This document shows positions 37,688 to 50,774 of a DNA stretch of 64,000 nt, piece after piece. Position 1 is the first letter of the stretch; every line of letters begins with the position of its first letter. This DNA comes from Ginglymostoma cirratum (Eukaryota): assembly GCA_024137785.1 (NCBI GenBank), contig JAHRHZ010000271.1, positions 21,431,130 to 21,495,129 on the forward strand. Reading direction: 5' to 3'. The position numbers and the translations under genes were made by a program. The notes under the pieces are model-generated. The model was not told the origin of the DNA and made no database searches. It worked only from the letters and a program-made list of their open reading frames with translations.

Positions 37688-39197
37688 AGAACATAAGAAC
37701 GTAAGAACATAAGAACTAGGAGCAGGAGTAGGCCATCTGGCCCCTCGAGCCTGCCCCGCCATTTAATAAGATCATGGCTGATCTTTTTGAGACTTACCTC
37801 CACTTACCTGTCCACTCACCATAACTTTTAATTCCTTTACTGTTCAAAAATTTATCTAGCCTTGCCTTAAACACATTCAGCGAGGTAGCTTCAACCACTT
37901 CACTGGGCAGGGAATTCCACAGATTCACAACACTTTAGGCGAAAAAGTTCCTCCTGACCTCAATACTACATCTGCTTCCCTTTATTTTGAGGCGATGCCC
38001 TCTAGTCCTAGTTCCACCTGCAAGTGGAAACAACCTCCCTGCCTCCACTTTATCTATTCCCTTCATAATCTTATATGTTTCTATAAGATCTCCCCTCATT
38101 CTTCTGAATTCCAATGAGTATAATCCCAGTCTACTCAGTCTCTCCTCATAATCCAACCCTCTCAACTCTGGAATCAACCGAGTGAATCTCCTCTGCACCC
38201 CCTCCAGTGCTAGTATATCTCTTCTCAAATAAGGAGACCAAAACTGCACACAGTACTCCAGATGTGGCCTCACCAGGACCCTATACAGCTGCAGCATAGC
38301 CTCCCTATTTTTAAACTCCATCCCTCGAGCAATGGCAGACAAAATTCCATTTACCTTTTTAATTACCTGCTGCACCTGCAACCTTACCTTCAGCGATTCA
38401 TGCACAAGGACAGCCAAGTCCCTCTGCACAGCAGCGTGCTGCAATTTTTTTTACCATTTAAAACACAGTCCATTTTGCTGTTATTCCTAGCAAAATGGAT
38501 GACCTCACACTTATGAACATTGTACTCCATCTGCCAGACCTTTGCCCACTCACTTAGACTATCTATATCCCTCTGCAGACTTTCAGTGTCTTCTGCACAC
38601 TTTGCTCTACCACTCACCTCAGTGTCATCTGCAAATTTTGACACACCACACTTAGTCCCCAACTCCAAATCATCTGTGTAAATTGTAAACAATTTAGGTC
38701 CCAACACTGATCCCTGAGGCACACCACTAGCCACTGACCGCCAACCAGAAAAACACCCATTTACCCCTACTCTTTGCTTTCTACTGGTCAACCAACCCTC
38801 TATCCATGCCAATACATTATCTGTAATACCGTGCAACTTTATCTTAGGTAGCAGCCTGTGGTGTGGCACCTTGTCAAATGTCTTCTGGAAATCCAGATAC
38901 ACCACATCCACAGGTTCCCCATTGTCCACCATGCAAGTAATGTCCTCAAAGAATTCCACCAAATTAGTTAAATATGACCTACTCTTCATGAACCCATGCT
39001 GGGTGTTCCCAATGGGACAATTTATATCCAGATGTCTTGCTATTTCTTCCTTAATGATAGATTCAAGCATTTTCCCCACTTCCAAAGTTAAGCTAACTGG
39101 CCTATAGTTACCTGCCTTTTGTCTACTTCCTTTTTTAAACTGTGGCATCACATTGGCTGTTTTCCAATCTGCAGGAACCACCCCAGAGTCCAGTGAA
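37688..39197 (-). mobile_element. Young 5'-truncated CR1 (HER1-type) LINE, RT domain to 3'UTR
   Basis: ORFs 38390-39418 and 37935-38444 carry NYRPVSLT, YLDFQKTFDKVPH, GVPQGSVLGP, KFADD and VRPHLEYCVQFWSP. One frameshift in the T-run at 38445-38452. 8-bp tandem tail (aacataag)n at 37688-37716. Confidence 0.96.
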
Positions 39198-39409
39198 AAG
39201 GAACGGTGGAACAACACCAAAAGACTGCACAGACAGTGTAAGGATGTCAGAGTGAAGGTATACAGGAGCTGTGGATGACATCGAGACTTCTCAGACAGAA
39301 GGAAATGTCTCGCATACAGATCAAACTGCAAAGCTTGTAGAAAGAAATAAAAATAAACAAACAACCATACCCATGAATATGACAATGTGTTTGAAGACAC
39401 AATAAACTT

Positions 39410-39675
39410 AGGAACCATAAGGGATAGCAGCAGACGTAGGCTATTTGGGCCCTAGTGAATACGTGCCACCATTTAAGGAGGTCATGGCTGAATCTGATAA
39501 TCCTCAACTCCACTCTTCTTCTGTTTTCCCATAAGCTTTGATTCTTTAATGTTTAAAAATCTGTCTATTGCAGCCTTGCTTGTACTTAATTACTCAGCAT
39601 TGACAGTCCTCCTGCAATAAAGAACTCCACAGATTTGCTGTCCTCTGAGAAAAGACATTCCACTTCATCTCTTGT
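39410..39675 (-). mobile_element. CR1 3' end fragment
   Basis: 'accataagggatagcagcagacgtaggctatttgggccc...catggctgaatctgataatcctcaactccact...ttccacttcatctc'. Confidence 0.75.
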
Positions 39676-42600
39676 TCTGATTGACATTCATATAACTATA
39701 TGACATTGCTGTATGCTTCATTTTGCAGAAAAGGCATTTGCAGAACTATTTTATTCAGAGAAGGGGTAAGAAATAAGACCACAACCATTAATATGATGAT
39801 AGGTACTGGAGATCAGATTAACATCATTCTGGAGAGATCACATGAGAAGGTTGTTTATGAAGATTTGAAAGACATGATACCCAGGGAAAGGTGCTCTGAA
39901 ACTGTGCAGTATCATGGTCACAATACGTTGGAACATTGATATTGGATGGCTAGAAAGACGTCAAACAGAGAGGGAAGCAAAGGAAAAGATGCTAGCTGTA
40001 TATTCTATGTCATAGAAACACACGGTGCTGTTCCGTCTGTGGACTGACTGGTCATAAAGAGCTTCAGCTTATTTTAGTAAAGCACCAGATAAAAAAAACT
40101 ACGTATAATGATACATTACTTAGTGAATGTAACACCTCCAAAAATCGGTGTAAATGAAAGATGTGACCAGCAACAGGTGCTCTTTCAGTAAGTTATCAAG
40201 GGTTGGCCTGATAATATGCAGCTTGTAAGTCTTTCAAAGATAAAATTTCAACAAAAAAATGGTTATGCAGAAAATCGTACCAGAACAATCATGCCCAAAA
40301 TGACACAGGAAGAACTTTTCCAAAATTGCATGATGGGCAAGTGGGGATAAAGAAAAGTAAACCTGGAGCCAAATTAACTGTTTATAGTGGAGGAATCTGC
40401 AAAATCATCAGGAGAATGGTGTCTACTTGCAATGTTTGCTGGAAGTGGAGATAGATAGACCGGAATGAAAAGCTGATAGCTATTGATCTACCAACTATAC
40501 TCGAGCATAACATGGAAGTTGACTTACTCATACACTCCAGAATGGTATCTCACAACTGCAGACTACGACTCAAATTCACTTTTAACTGAGAGGTGGAAAA
40601 TTTGACAGCTACAACAATCATTTCATCAGTATAAGCTCTATTCATTGAATAAAAGATTCCTGAAGGAGTAACCTGTGACAATGAATCATAATTCACATCC
40701 AGGAAATTTAAGATACGGGTTCACAATCATCACCTCATAGCCACATTACCCAAGTTATCAAAAGACATGTCCACATTGTGACATGGACCAAAGAGGCAAA
40801 GGAAGACCCAAACCTTTCTTTACTGTCACTCCAATCTCCAACTCTTAGGACTGGCATTAAAGTTCCTACACAACAATTGCATGGAAGAAAATATAAGCAC
40901 AAGGATTTATCAAGAATGATTCTTCCTCCAGGTGAACAGGAGAAAATAAGAAAACAATTGACTGATGCACATGTAAAAGGAGGTCAACACTTTAATAAAG
41001 ATACTAATTCCTTACTCGAGCTGTTAAAATGCCAAACTATAAATAATGCAGTTATGAAAACTTGGAAACCAATAAAAGCTGTTCATAAAATTGGGACTCA
41101 TCGATTGGGTCACACAGTATTCAGAATAAAATCAGTCAGCAAATGAGGAGAAACAGAACCCATGTATGACCTACACTTGAGCTGGAAAAGCAGAAAAGAT
41201 CAACAACACCAGCAACATCAGTGACTGGTGAGACGACGTGGATAGCACCACTAACAAATGATAAAACACCAACAATGCCAGAAACAAGCGATATAACGTC
41301 AGCAGCACCAAGCATGACTGCTACTACACTAGGAGTGATGCACATTACATCGTTTGTGCGGCAAGAAGCCTGCCTGCACCACCGAATGCCAAATCCACAA
41401 GGTGGTGGCATAACATCCTACTACTTAAACAATACTGCTCATAATAGTTTACTAAAAAAAGACCTCTTAAGGTGTTTAGTTTATTTATAAAAGTCAATTG
41501 TTAATGTTAAATTTAGAAAAAAAAATGCTAATGACTGAAACAGTTATATTGATTTCAAGGAACTTTTATTTAAAGAAAGTAGGGTGTTCTATTTATTGTT
41601 AAATTATTTGCAAATAGGTAGAAACTAAAACAGTATGTGAATATATATCCTAAGATGTTGCATTCCTCTCACGCAGCAGCCATGTACTGCGTAACAAGGT
41701 TTACTAGCTACGTAGAGAGCTGAACGAAACCCTCCTGAGGAAGCTTCAGCACTTTGAGTCTAAACTAGGATCACTTATAACTTATAGGAAGGAGAAGGCT
41801 TAATAGCTCCACTTTAAGGGTAAGCTTGGATGTTTAGCGTCATAGAATTTGAGGAGGAAGGGAGTGTGGTGAGGCAGAAGAACAGGCCAGCTGTGGGCCA
41901 GATGATTTACAGAGTCTGGAGAAATACTGATCTTGTTGGCTTCACAAAAATCCACTGTTTTAAGGAAGAACCCAGTGATCTGGATAAGGTAGACTAAATT
42001 TTCTTGTAAAGTTGAGGACTGGCAGCGCACGATTGGCTGCCCATTCCACGCCTTACTCTACCATCCTTTTCATTGACTTTGTGGATAAACAAATGAGGCA
42101 GGATGCGTGTGAGGTGGCTGATCCATTATAACCTGCATTTCACTCATCAATGAAAGTCAGAAGCTACCCTAGTGATCCTAACCCACCAATATTCCATCAG
42201 TCTCTGGGTAAACCTTGCAGTTGGAGATATACTCCAGGCACGGGACACCAATTTGTCCATTTAACAGGTTTCTGGGTGGGAAAGCTAGGTGCGCATTTAA
42301 AGATTTGTTTGAAAATTGATTCATGCACATGGTGCACCGTGCCAGCACTGGATTTTCCTCTGGTGCTCAAACATTTACAGAAACAGATTATCACCTCGTT
42401 GTTTTCTTTGTTTTCACAATTTTCGCAAGCCATGGGTTTTCTGTTGTTAGAAAGTCAGGATTTTGTTCCTAACTGCTTGGAATTTCAAACCAAACAAAAT
42501 GCAAGAGTCAAGGGTGAATGTTTATGCTGTAGTCATTGGGTGTTCCCTGTTTAATTTTTCTTAGGAAGGTACATTGTAACCACACAGCTCAGTGAAGTAC

Positions 42601-43164
42601 ATGATGTAGGTTCAGATTATGTTGTTATGTTTTTTGTTATTTTGTTATGTCAAAACTTAAAATAACAAAATTTGTCCATCTTTAAATTAATCTGTTCACT
42701 TTTTTAAAAAATGCACATATTTATTAATAGATTTATATACATTAGTCTTTATAATATAATAGTGATTTATAAAGAAATGAAGATAAAATTACTGGAAAGT
42801 TAATCTTCTGAGTGCGAGGTTTCTAGCATTGTAAAAAATTCTCAGCTCATTTTCAACTGATCAACTCCTAACTCTGAAGATCAACTGGAGTTATTTTTAG
42901 ATTAATACCAGTGATGATTCAGTTTTAAAACTGTGCGTATATAAAATGCTTTAAACACATGTAATTGGTCAATGCCGCATTTCTTTATGATTTTTTTTTA
43001 ACAATTCCTGAAGTGCCCCTTCTGAACAAAAGCATCTTATGAATTTCTGAGCCTACAACATTCCCTTTCTAATGAAATGGACAAAATTATTTCCTTCAAA
43101 ATGGTCAGTATTCCTCAATATAATTGCATTAATAAAATAGGCAAAACCATTCAACATTTAACTT

Positions 43165-43510
43165 ATAAAGGAATAATTGCATTTATGTAGCACCTTTCAC
43201 AACTTCAAGAGATCCCAAAACACTTTGCAGTCAAGTTAGTACATTTATTCTACCAAGTGCAGTCACTGCCATGACACAGGAAACACTGTAGCCATATTGC
43301 ACATTGCTCGCTCTCATAAACAACTACCTGATGAAAACTAGATCATCTATTTTATTGGTGTTGACTGAGAGGCAAATATTGGCTAGGACACCAGTTCACC
43401 TGCTCTTTTATGAAAAAGCCATGTGGGATCTTCACCACCCCTTACAGAGTAGATCGATTTACTTGGTTTCCTGTCTTTTCTGGAAGACTGTAAGCAATAC
43501 TCTGCTCAAG
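43165..43510 (-). mobile_element. DeuSINE (SacSINE1-like)
   Basis: 'ttgcatttatgtagcacctttcacaacttcaagagatcccaaaacactttgcag...tattggctaggacacc...gccatgtgggatctt'. Confidence 0.7.
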
Positions 43511-43829
43511 TCTGCAATGTGTTTGTGCAACAAATCTTCCTCTGTTCTTTAACATAACATCATCCAAACTGGCTAAGCAGATTAAATGTTCCACTAAAAT
43601 AACAGACAGAAGAAAATTACCCACTGAAAATTTTCATCGAATATGAACAATAAGATCCAAATGCATATTCTTGCAACAATAAATGATTCGTTATAAACTG
43701 TGGCATTTTGGATTTTACTGTTGATGCAATCTTCAGTGGGTTATTAGGAGGATAGAACTCCATACCTTAAGCAGGTGATGCTTTCTTCTGTTAGTTTCCC
43801 CCTATAATCTTTTCCTAAACCCTTTCTCT

Positions 43830-44170
43830 TGAAGTTAATGATTCATGCTGGCGTATGGCTCCATGTGTACTAGTCATTGTCTATACCTCACCCAGGTGGC
43901 ATACTTCAGGCATGATTCTAGACAGTGAGTGCTGACAGGTTATTTTAACATGAGGGCATCAAACCTCAGTGCAATCTGTCCTCACAAAGACGTTGCAAGC
44001 CTCTTACTTTGCAGCAAATTGTGGTTAAGAGTAGAAAGATGGTCAATTTATTTTCACTCTGTTTAGCTCAGGACAACAGGCACCAACTATCTTTCTAGCT
44101 GGAATCAGCTAGGCCAGCACAGCAACTACAATTTAAATTGTTTTTCAATTGGTCAGATGTAACACTGAGC
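43830..44170 (-). mobile_element. LF-SINE-like ancient SINE
   Basis: Minus strand 'gaggacagattgcactgaggtttgatgccctcatgttaaaataacctgtcagcactcactgtctag...gaagtatgccac' is homologous to 51560-51830. Confidence 0.45.
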
Positions 44171-44769
44171 ATTGAAGTCATATCAATCAAACATGTTTTG
44201 ATCACGGTTTCCAAGTTACATTCATCAACTTTTCATGGCATATAATAAGACTTTTCAACAGTGGTTCAGGAACAGACCTCATTCAATAAAAAAGAAATCA
44301 CATCTGAAACATATTAGTGTTTTATTGTTTTGTAGAAATAGTGTGCTTTCAATAGCGTACTCAATGTAAGTTATTACTCTGTGTCATCTGCTCAGAGGCC
44401 AGATTTAATTTAATAACCTGTGCTTGGACAGTTCATTTTTCAGAAGTTTTGAAAAACAGTCTGGAGAATTGAAGAAGGACAGTGTCACTTTTCTAAAAAT
44501 GTAAATGAACTGTTCACATTAAGCTTATCCACTTAAAAAGACAACCTTTCTGAAGCTCTTTTATGCAAAACTAGACATTCATTGAAACAATAGCCATTCC
44601 AGAATTAATATATGACTAAAGTAAAGCAAAAGTTCTTGAAATGCATCTTGAAATGAAAGTAGCTGGTTTCAGAACCTATGTTCCGCCCAAAAGAGAATCT
44701 CCAAATTGATTTCTCTTAATGGGGCAGACCAAATTATTGATTATATTTTTAAAAAACTTACTGAGTATT

Positions 44770-45330
44770 GCTGAAAAATGACACATTTTGTTGAAACTTT
44801 TCATCTAGCATGCATCAATTTACAAAAAAATGTGGAAAGAGCAAACAACATTTATACTGCATGAACGCAAAGTGCTGATTTGTGGGCAAGTGCACTCTGA
44901 CATGCAGAGGTGTTGCCATGGCTAATGCACCAGTTCAACTATCACTGACAATTAACTGCCAAGGTTTGGCTAAATTTAAACCAGCAAGGTTGACTCTAAT
45001 TAGTCAAGGTATTGTCGTAATGATTGTCTGGTTCATTTGTTATCGCTAATTCTATTGAATTAAACCAGGTGCTCTGAGTGTTCATGTTCTTTTTGCCTGC
45101 AAATACCAAAGTCCTGTATATTAGTATATATAATTTCCAGTACCTGTAAGTATGGCATACTGTGAGCACAACTGATGATCCAAAATTGGTTGTCAGTGTA
45201 ATTCTTTGCCCGCTCAGGATTATTTTGCAAATGTTGTCTAATTGCAAAAACACATGCATGGGTGGACATCTGTTTTGAGTTTTGCAAGCACAGGCTGATT
45301 GGAGAGATGTCAATACTATAGTGCAAACAG
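44770..45330 (-). mobile_element. Second Penelope-like family: GIY-YIG C-terminal remnant plus pLTR
   Basis: ORF 45060-45326 'AIRQHLQNNPERAKNYTDNQFWII...LQVLEIIYTNIQDFGICRQKEH'. Decayed hammerhead-like segment near 44790-44820. Confidence 0.75.
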
Positions 45331-45634
45331 GTTTAGGAATATGTTGTTTATGGCTGGCAGTTTTTGAAATGTATAGCACAAAATTCATTTCGTCTCATTT
45401 GAATCAAAGCATTGAGCAGCCAATAAACTTTCTGGGGAACATTTTTGGACTGAGATTTGGTGTGAGAATTAGAGGAAATGCTTCTTCTTCTGCTCCAAAA
45501 TATAATTTGAAGCTTCCAGACTTCCCTCAAAGCAGAAACTTCAAGTATAATAGCATGAATTTTGCATTGTGGTTCCATAATAAGCGTCAAGATCTGATTT
45601 ATAGAACAAAATAGCCTAATACATATTTCAAATA

Positions 45635-46990
45635 GACAGACTGGATGTCAGTGGTTGGTAAGTTGTTGCAGGGGATTCTGAAGACAGGATCTACATGCAT
45701 TTGGAAAGGCAAGGACTGATTCGGGACAGTTAGCATGGTTTTGAGTGTGGGAAATCGTGTCTCATAAATTTGATTGAGTTTTTTGAAGGGATGACCAAGT
45801 AGATGAAGGCAGAATGGTTGTTTACGGACTTTCACAAAGCCTTCAACAAGGTTCTGCGTGGTAGACTGGTTAGTAAGGTTAGGTCTCATGGGATCCAGGG
45901 ACACCTGGCCAAATGGATACAAATTTGGCTTGATGGTAGTAGACACAGGATGGTGGTACAGTGCTGTTGTTCAGACTGGAGGTCTGTGACCAGCGATGTG
46001 CCACAAGGCTTGTTGCCGGGTCCACTTTGGTCATCATTTATATACGAGATTTGGATGAGAGTATAGGAGGCATGCTTAGTAAACTTGCAGATTACACCAA
46101 AATTGCTGGTGTAGTAGATGGAGAAGAAGATTATCTAACAGTATAATGGGATCTTGATCAAATGGGCCAGTGGAAAGCGGAATGGCAGATGGAGTTTAAT
46201 TTAGATAAGTGTGAGGTGTTGCATCTCGGTAAGTCAAACCAGGGCAGGACTTACACAGTTAACGGTAGGGCCCTGGGGAGTGTTGTCGAACAGGGAGACC
46301 TAGGGATGCAAGTACATAGTTCCTTGAAAGTGGCGTCAAATGTAGACAGGGTGGTGAAGAAAGTGTTTGGTACTCTTGCCTTCCTCAGTCGGTGTGTTGA
46401 GTACAGGATTTGGGACGTCATATTACAGCTGGAAGGTGACATTAGTAAGGCCACATTTGGAGTACTGTGTACAAATCTGTTATGGGAAAGATGTTGTTAA
46501 ACTGGAAAAGGAGCAAAAAAGATTTACAAGGACATTACTGAGACTGGAAGGTTTGAGTTATAAGGAGAGGGTGGATAGGCTGGGACTTTTCCCTGAAGCG
46601 TAGGAGGCTGAGGGCTGACTTTATATAGCTTTATAAATTCATGAGTTGCTTAGATAATGTGCATAGCCAAGATCTTTTCTCCATCATAGGGGAGTGCAAA
46701 ACTAGAGGCATAGATTTATGGTGAGAGGGAAAAGATTTAAAATGGGCCTGAGGAACAACTTTTTCACTTAGAGTGTGGTGCATGTATGGAATGAGCTGCC
46801 AGAGGGAATAGTCAAGGCAGATATAATTACAACATTTAAAAGACAGTTGGATAAGCTCATGGAAAGCAAAGGTTTAGAGGGATATGGACCAAATGCAGGA
46901 AAATGGGAATAATTCCGTTTAGGAAACCTGGTCAGCATCAACGAGTTGGGCTGAAGGGCCTATCTCCATGCTGTATAACTCTACAATTCT
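45635..46990 (+). mobile_element. 5'-truncated CR1 LINE (RT and 3'UTR)
   Basis: DFHKAFNKV, 'SKLADYTKI', WQMEFNLDKCEVLH and VRPHLEYCVQ across several frameshifts. Tail 'ggctgaagggcctatctccatgctgtataactcta'. Confidence 0.93.
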
Positions 46991-47214
46991 CTGTCTACTC
47001 ATCCATTTTCAGGTCCACTTGAATATGGCATCTGGGAACCTTAGACCTCAGCGGGCCATACCCATTAATGCTCAACGCCTGCTTGCTTGTTTCTCAGCCA
47101 CTATTTCAGTAAGCTTTCTCTGTAAACTAATGTCAGAAGTTGATGTCTGGCCCTTTTTAAGGAAAAGAAAAAGGACTTCTGTACATGAAAATTAAGCACC
47201 TCATTGCAAGAAAA

Positions 47215-47445
47215 TCCAAAAGGGAATTCAGGAGAACTTTCATTACTAAGTTGATGGGCAGAAAGAGGATCTGACTATTGTGTAATTTAAGGAAAACCTA
47301 CATGAACATGTGGTGGAAACTGGAATAGAAAGTTATGTTGGTATGGTTCAGTAATGAGAGATGAAGAAAAGGCTCATGTGAAATATAAAAGCTGGCATAG
47401 ATTATTTGGGACGAATGGCCTGTTTTCATGCTTTATGTAATTCTA
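47215..47445 (+). mobile_element. Old CR1 3' tail
   Basis: 'gggaattcaggagaactttc...gggacgaatggcctgttttcatgct'. Confidence 0.55.
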
Positions 47446-49329
47446 CACATCCACATATCTCTTGGCACAAACAATTAGACTTTTTATTCAGAAATATAAA
47501 CGGGTATGAACTGCAGAAAGGGTCAAGGGGATAATATCAAACCACAATCACCGCATAAAATGCCTCAATTAAGTAAGTTAGGTGTTAGGCGATATATCCA
47601 GTAACACTCAAAGGCTGCAAGGAAAGAAATAGAAGAATGATACATTTTAAGTTGTGCGAAAGAAATGCTCAGAATATTTGAGAATTTTTTGAAAAAAATT
47701 GAGCAGGTCTTATGCAATTACATATTTTCTTTTGTGCACGTCTGAGCTCATCAAGCTGAGCAAACAGCCACACAGTTGTTTGATCCTGACTGTTGTAACA
47801 GCTGTGAAGTTTAGACAAGCTGACTTAATAAGACACTGAGTCAAAGACACAAAAGCAATCTGAAACAATGACATCTTTCCATAACATATGGAAATGTTTG
47901 TGAAACAGTCCCTTTATGCATCTTGCTTCCTGTACGCTTCAGTGAGGATATTAAAAGTAATTTATTGGAAGCCCTACAGTAGAAACCTCTAATTTTTCAA
48001 AGGGTTCATGAAACCCCTCAGGGTCAGGATGGTTCATAACACACCTATGGGCGATTCCAAATCAGTTTGGGCTCAGACAAAGCTGCATTTCTTTAAAGCT
48101 TCCCCTTGTATAACTGGCTTTGAAGGCAATTTTCAACCATTCATGCTTTTATTGTAGCATTGCTATACAATATTCATTTCCTTCTGATGACATTTCTATT
48201 TTTCTGCTAACACAAATGAAAGCCTAAAAGGATTAGACGAAGTTTGAAATGTAAAGCTATGCACTGCAAAAAACATTGCTTTGAGCTATTCAAGGTGTTT
48301 AACCCTTTGAGCTTGCACCTCTCAAAATAAAACACGGCAGTAAAACTGCTGATATATCAATGACCACCACTTCAAGTTTCACAGTCTACTGTAAACCATT
48401 CAGTTACAAATACCCTTTGTTGCAGCAAGTGACTAAACACTGACATTAAATAGCGTAGGTGTAAATGTCCATCTGAGCCAAAAGTGATATCATTAGCAAT
48501 TTTAAGGGACAAACGGAAAGGTGATGTGAATGGTACAAAAATAAATAAATTACCACATAGTACTTGTTTAAAAGTCAAAAGTATGCCCTAGAAATTCTAA
48601 TGAAATACTTTCTAAAGTAAAACTATTGAGCTAAATTTCCTCAATCACAATTTGCATTGGCTAAGTTTTGATATCTGTAAAAGTTACAAACTATTCTGCA
48701 AGTTCTGCAGATTATGGAAGGGATGTGCTTGGAGGGAAAGGATACATTACTAAGTTGCTTCCTGACAGACAAACAGGTGGGGACAGCAAACTTTAAAAAA
48801 AAATCCATGTAATCCATATACACGTATATGAGCCCTTTAATTCCCTTTTTGCTCTTCATGTATCTGTTTTGTTATCTTTAGTCTCTTCTTTCATCCTTTT
48901 TGTTTCCCTGGTTTCTTCTTTCATTGTACTGTCTCTTCTTTCTTTCATTCATTTTATCAGTCTACTATTCTTTATTTACTCTACCTCAGGATGTCTAGAG
49001 ATTTGGTTACTCAATCTGGAGAATGAGAGAATGGGCTCAGTATCTGAAGACTCTGGCTAAGAACTGGAGACTTGACACATAGAAAGGTTTACAATGAATT
49101 GTGCCTTTTACATTTATACATGTAAAAAGGAAATCGTCTGCATCAGAAAGCTTTTGACATTTGGTTAAGAGGATAAATGCATGATTTTCAACAAACTTTA
49201 GAGACAAAATGTTCAAAAAGAACCCAACATATAAAATATATCTGAAGTTGCATAATTGAAAGTTAGGGACAAATAAATTCAAGCAGAAATAAAATTTGTT
49301 AAACATAGATAAGCAATGTCAAAATAAAC

Positions 49330-49480
49330 TGTTAATATTCAGCAGCATCTGAGGAGAAACAAACAGAATTAACACCTTAGGTCAACTCCGATTCACTCTC
49401 TACAGCTGCTGCCTGACCTACAAGTATTTTCAGCACTACCTACTTTAATTTTTGATTTCCAGCATCTGTTGTTTTGTTTT
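49330..49480. mobile_element. Old palindromic Penelope-derived element
   Basis: 'gcagcatctgaggaga' is inverted to 'tctctacagctgctgcctgacc...ttccagcatctg'. Confidence 0.6.
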
Positions 49481-49849
49481 TGTGAAAGTTAATTGAATTC
49501 TAAAAAAAAAATGCATCAATGATTTTTCAGGAGCAGTTACATGGTGGCTACCATAGTGTTAGCATGAATATCATAATACAATAGACATAAATGGGAAAGC
49601 TACCACTGAAGTTTATATGTGGGTCACACGTGTATTTATCCAAATTTCAGAATATCAATAACCACAAATTAAGTGTCATACACATAACTGATTTTAAAGA
49701 AGGGTAGTCTTGTTAATCAATACACTTACAAGATTCATACCAATATGTCTGTTGCTCCAGCATATTGTCAGATTGTTTACTGTGTTATACTGAATTGTTC
49801 CCATAAAGGGATATTGTAGCCTAAACAATGTCGAAATAAGTCAAAGGTA

Positions 49850-50240
49850 AGTAATGCCTTTCAAAACTTAAGGAATCTCTAAGGCACTTTACAACCAATA
49901 AAAGAAATGACAGCCAATTTACACAAGGTAGAGTCTCATGAATGGCGAAGAGTTAATAACCACGTTGATTGAGATTTTTGTTGGGAGATTTGGGTTAATC
50001 ACAACAATCAAGAACACCCCTCCACCCCAGCTCCTCCTTTAGAGTTTCCAATGAACTTTTTGCATCCTTCTGAAATGAAAAATGAGGCACAAATTTAACA
50101 TTACAGCAAAAAGAGGCACCTCCATCAATGCATTACTGTCTCAGTATAAGACTGTTAGCCTGAGTATGTGCCCAAATCACTGGAATGGAATTTGAACCCA
50201 CAGCTTTCTGACACAGAGGTGAAACTGCTACCATTCGATT
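49850..50240 (-). mobile_element. DeuSINE (SacSINE1-like)
   Basis: 'gacagccaatttacacaa...aaaagaggcacctccatcaatgcattactgtctcagta...tttgaacccacagctttctgacacagagg'. Confidence 0.7.
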
Positions 50241-50693
50241 GCAGTTAACAGTTTGAACTTCTTCAATCTCACAATTTTATCATACTTGATATACAATGGT
50301 TAATCAGTTAATAAAACAAGAACTAAATCAAATTTATTGTAATATGCCTTAAAATATGGAGAATATAAACACAATGGAGTATATCTCAACGCTTAGATTT
50401 AAATATAATGAAATAGCATAATTATTACAGCACAGAAAGTGGACATTCAGCCCATTGTGCCTGTTACCTGACTTGCATAACTGAGAATTCAGTCAAGGAA
50501 TACAAGTATGAAGAGGTCACTGAGCCACACCTAGCATGTCACTTTGTGTAGCTGGCAGTACAGTGCTGTTTCTTGTTATGGTTTTCACTATCTATTATGA
50601 ATTAAGTGGAGAATTATAAATGACAAACAAGGACCATAGCATAATCAATTCTGTGCATGATATAAAAATGGACAATTTCAAGATATTGATGAT

Positions 50694-50774
50694 ACCTAGG
50701 TGTACAGCTGGATGAACACAGCAGGCCAAGCAGCATCAGAGGAGCAGGAAAGCTGGACCCTTCTTCAGAAAAAC
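50694..50774 (-). mobile_element. Internally deleted copy of the 19457-19593 family with 17-bp TSD
   Basis: ttcaagatattgatgat at 50677-50693 and 50775-50791. Retains CTGAAGAAGGGTC but lacks the GAAAC half. Confidence 0.85.

Larger units (their letters stand above)
37350..41785 (+). mobile_element. Decayed Ty3/Gypsy LTR retrotransposon (gag, integrase, PPT, 3' LTR) interrupted by CR1 copies
   Basis: gag-like 'WSSAHPKLQ..LIGKDNITIRQVVDNART' near 37520-37650. Zn-knuckle 'KCLAYRSNCKAC' near 39300-39340. Integrase 'LHDGQVGIKK...MVSTCNVC' near 40325-40440, 'DNE..FTSRKF' and 'EDPNLSLLSLQ...LHGRKYK'. Purine tract followed by TGTT at about 41570-41588. Confidence 0.75.

Noticed and set aside
38390-39418. 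342-aa ORF as a host gene
   Set aside because: It is CR1 reverse transcriptase. The hydrophobic N-terminal ~75 aa is read-through from flanking antisense Gypsy sequence.
48840-49060. Hydrophobic 63-aa ORF or long acceptor tract
   Set aside because: Low-complexity CT-rich sequence with no convincing donor or recognisable product.
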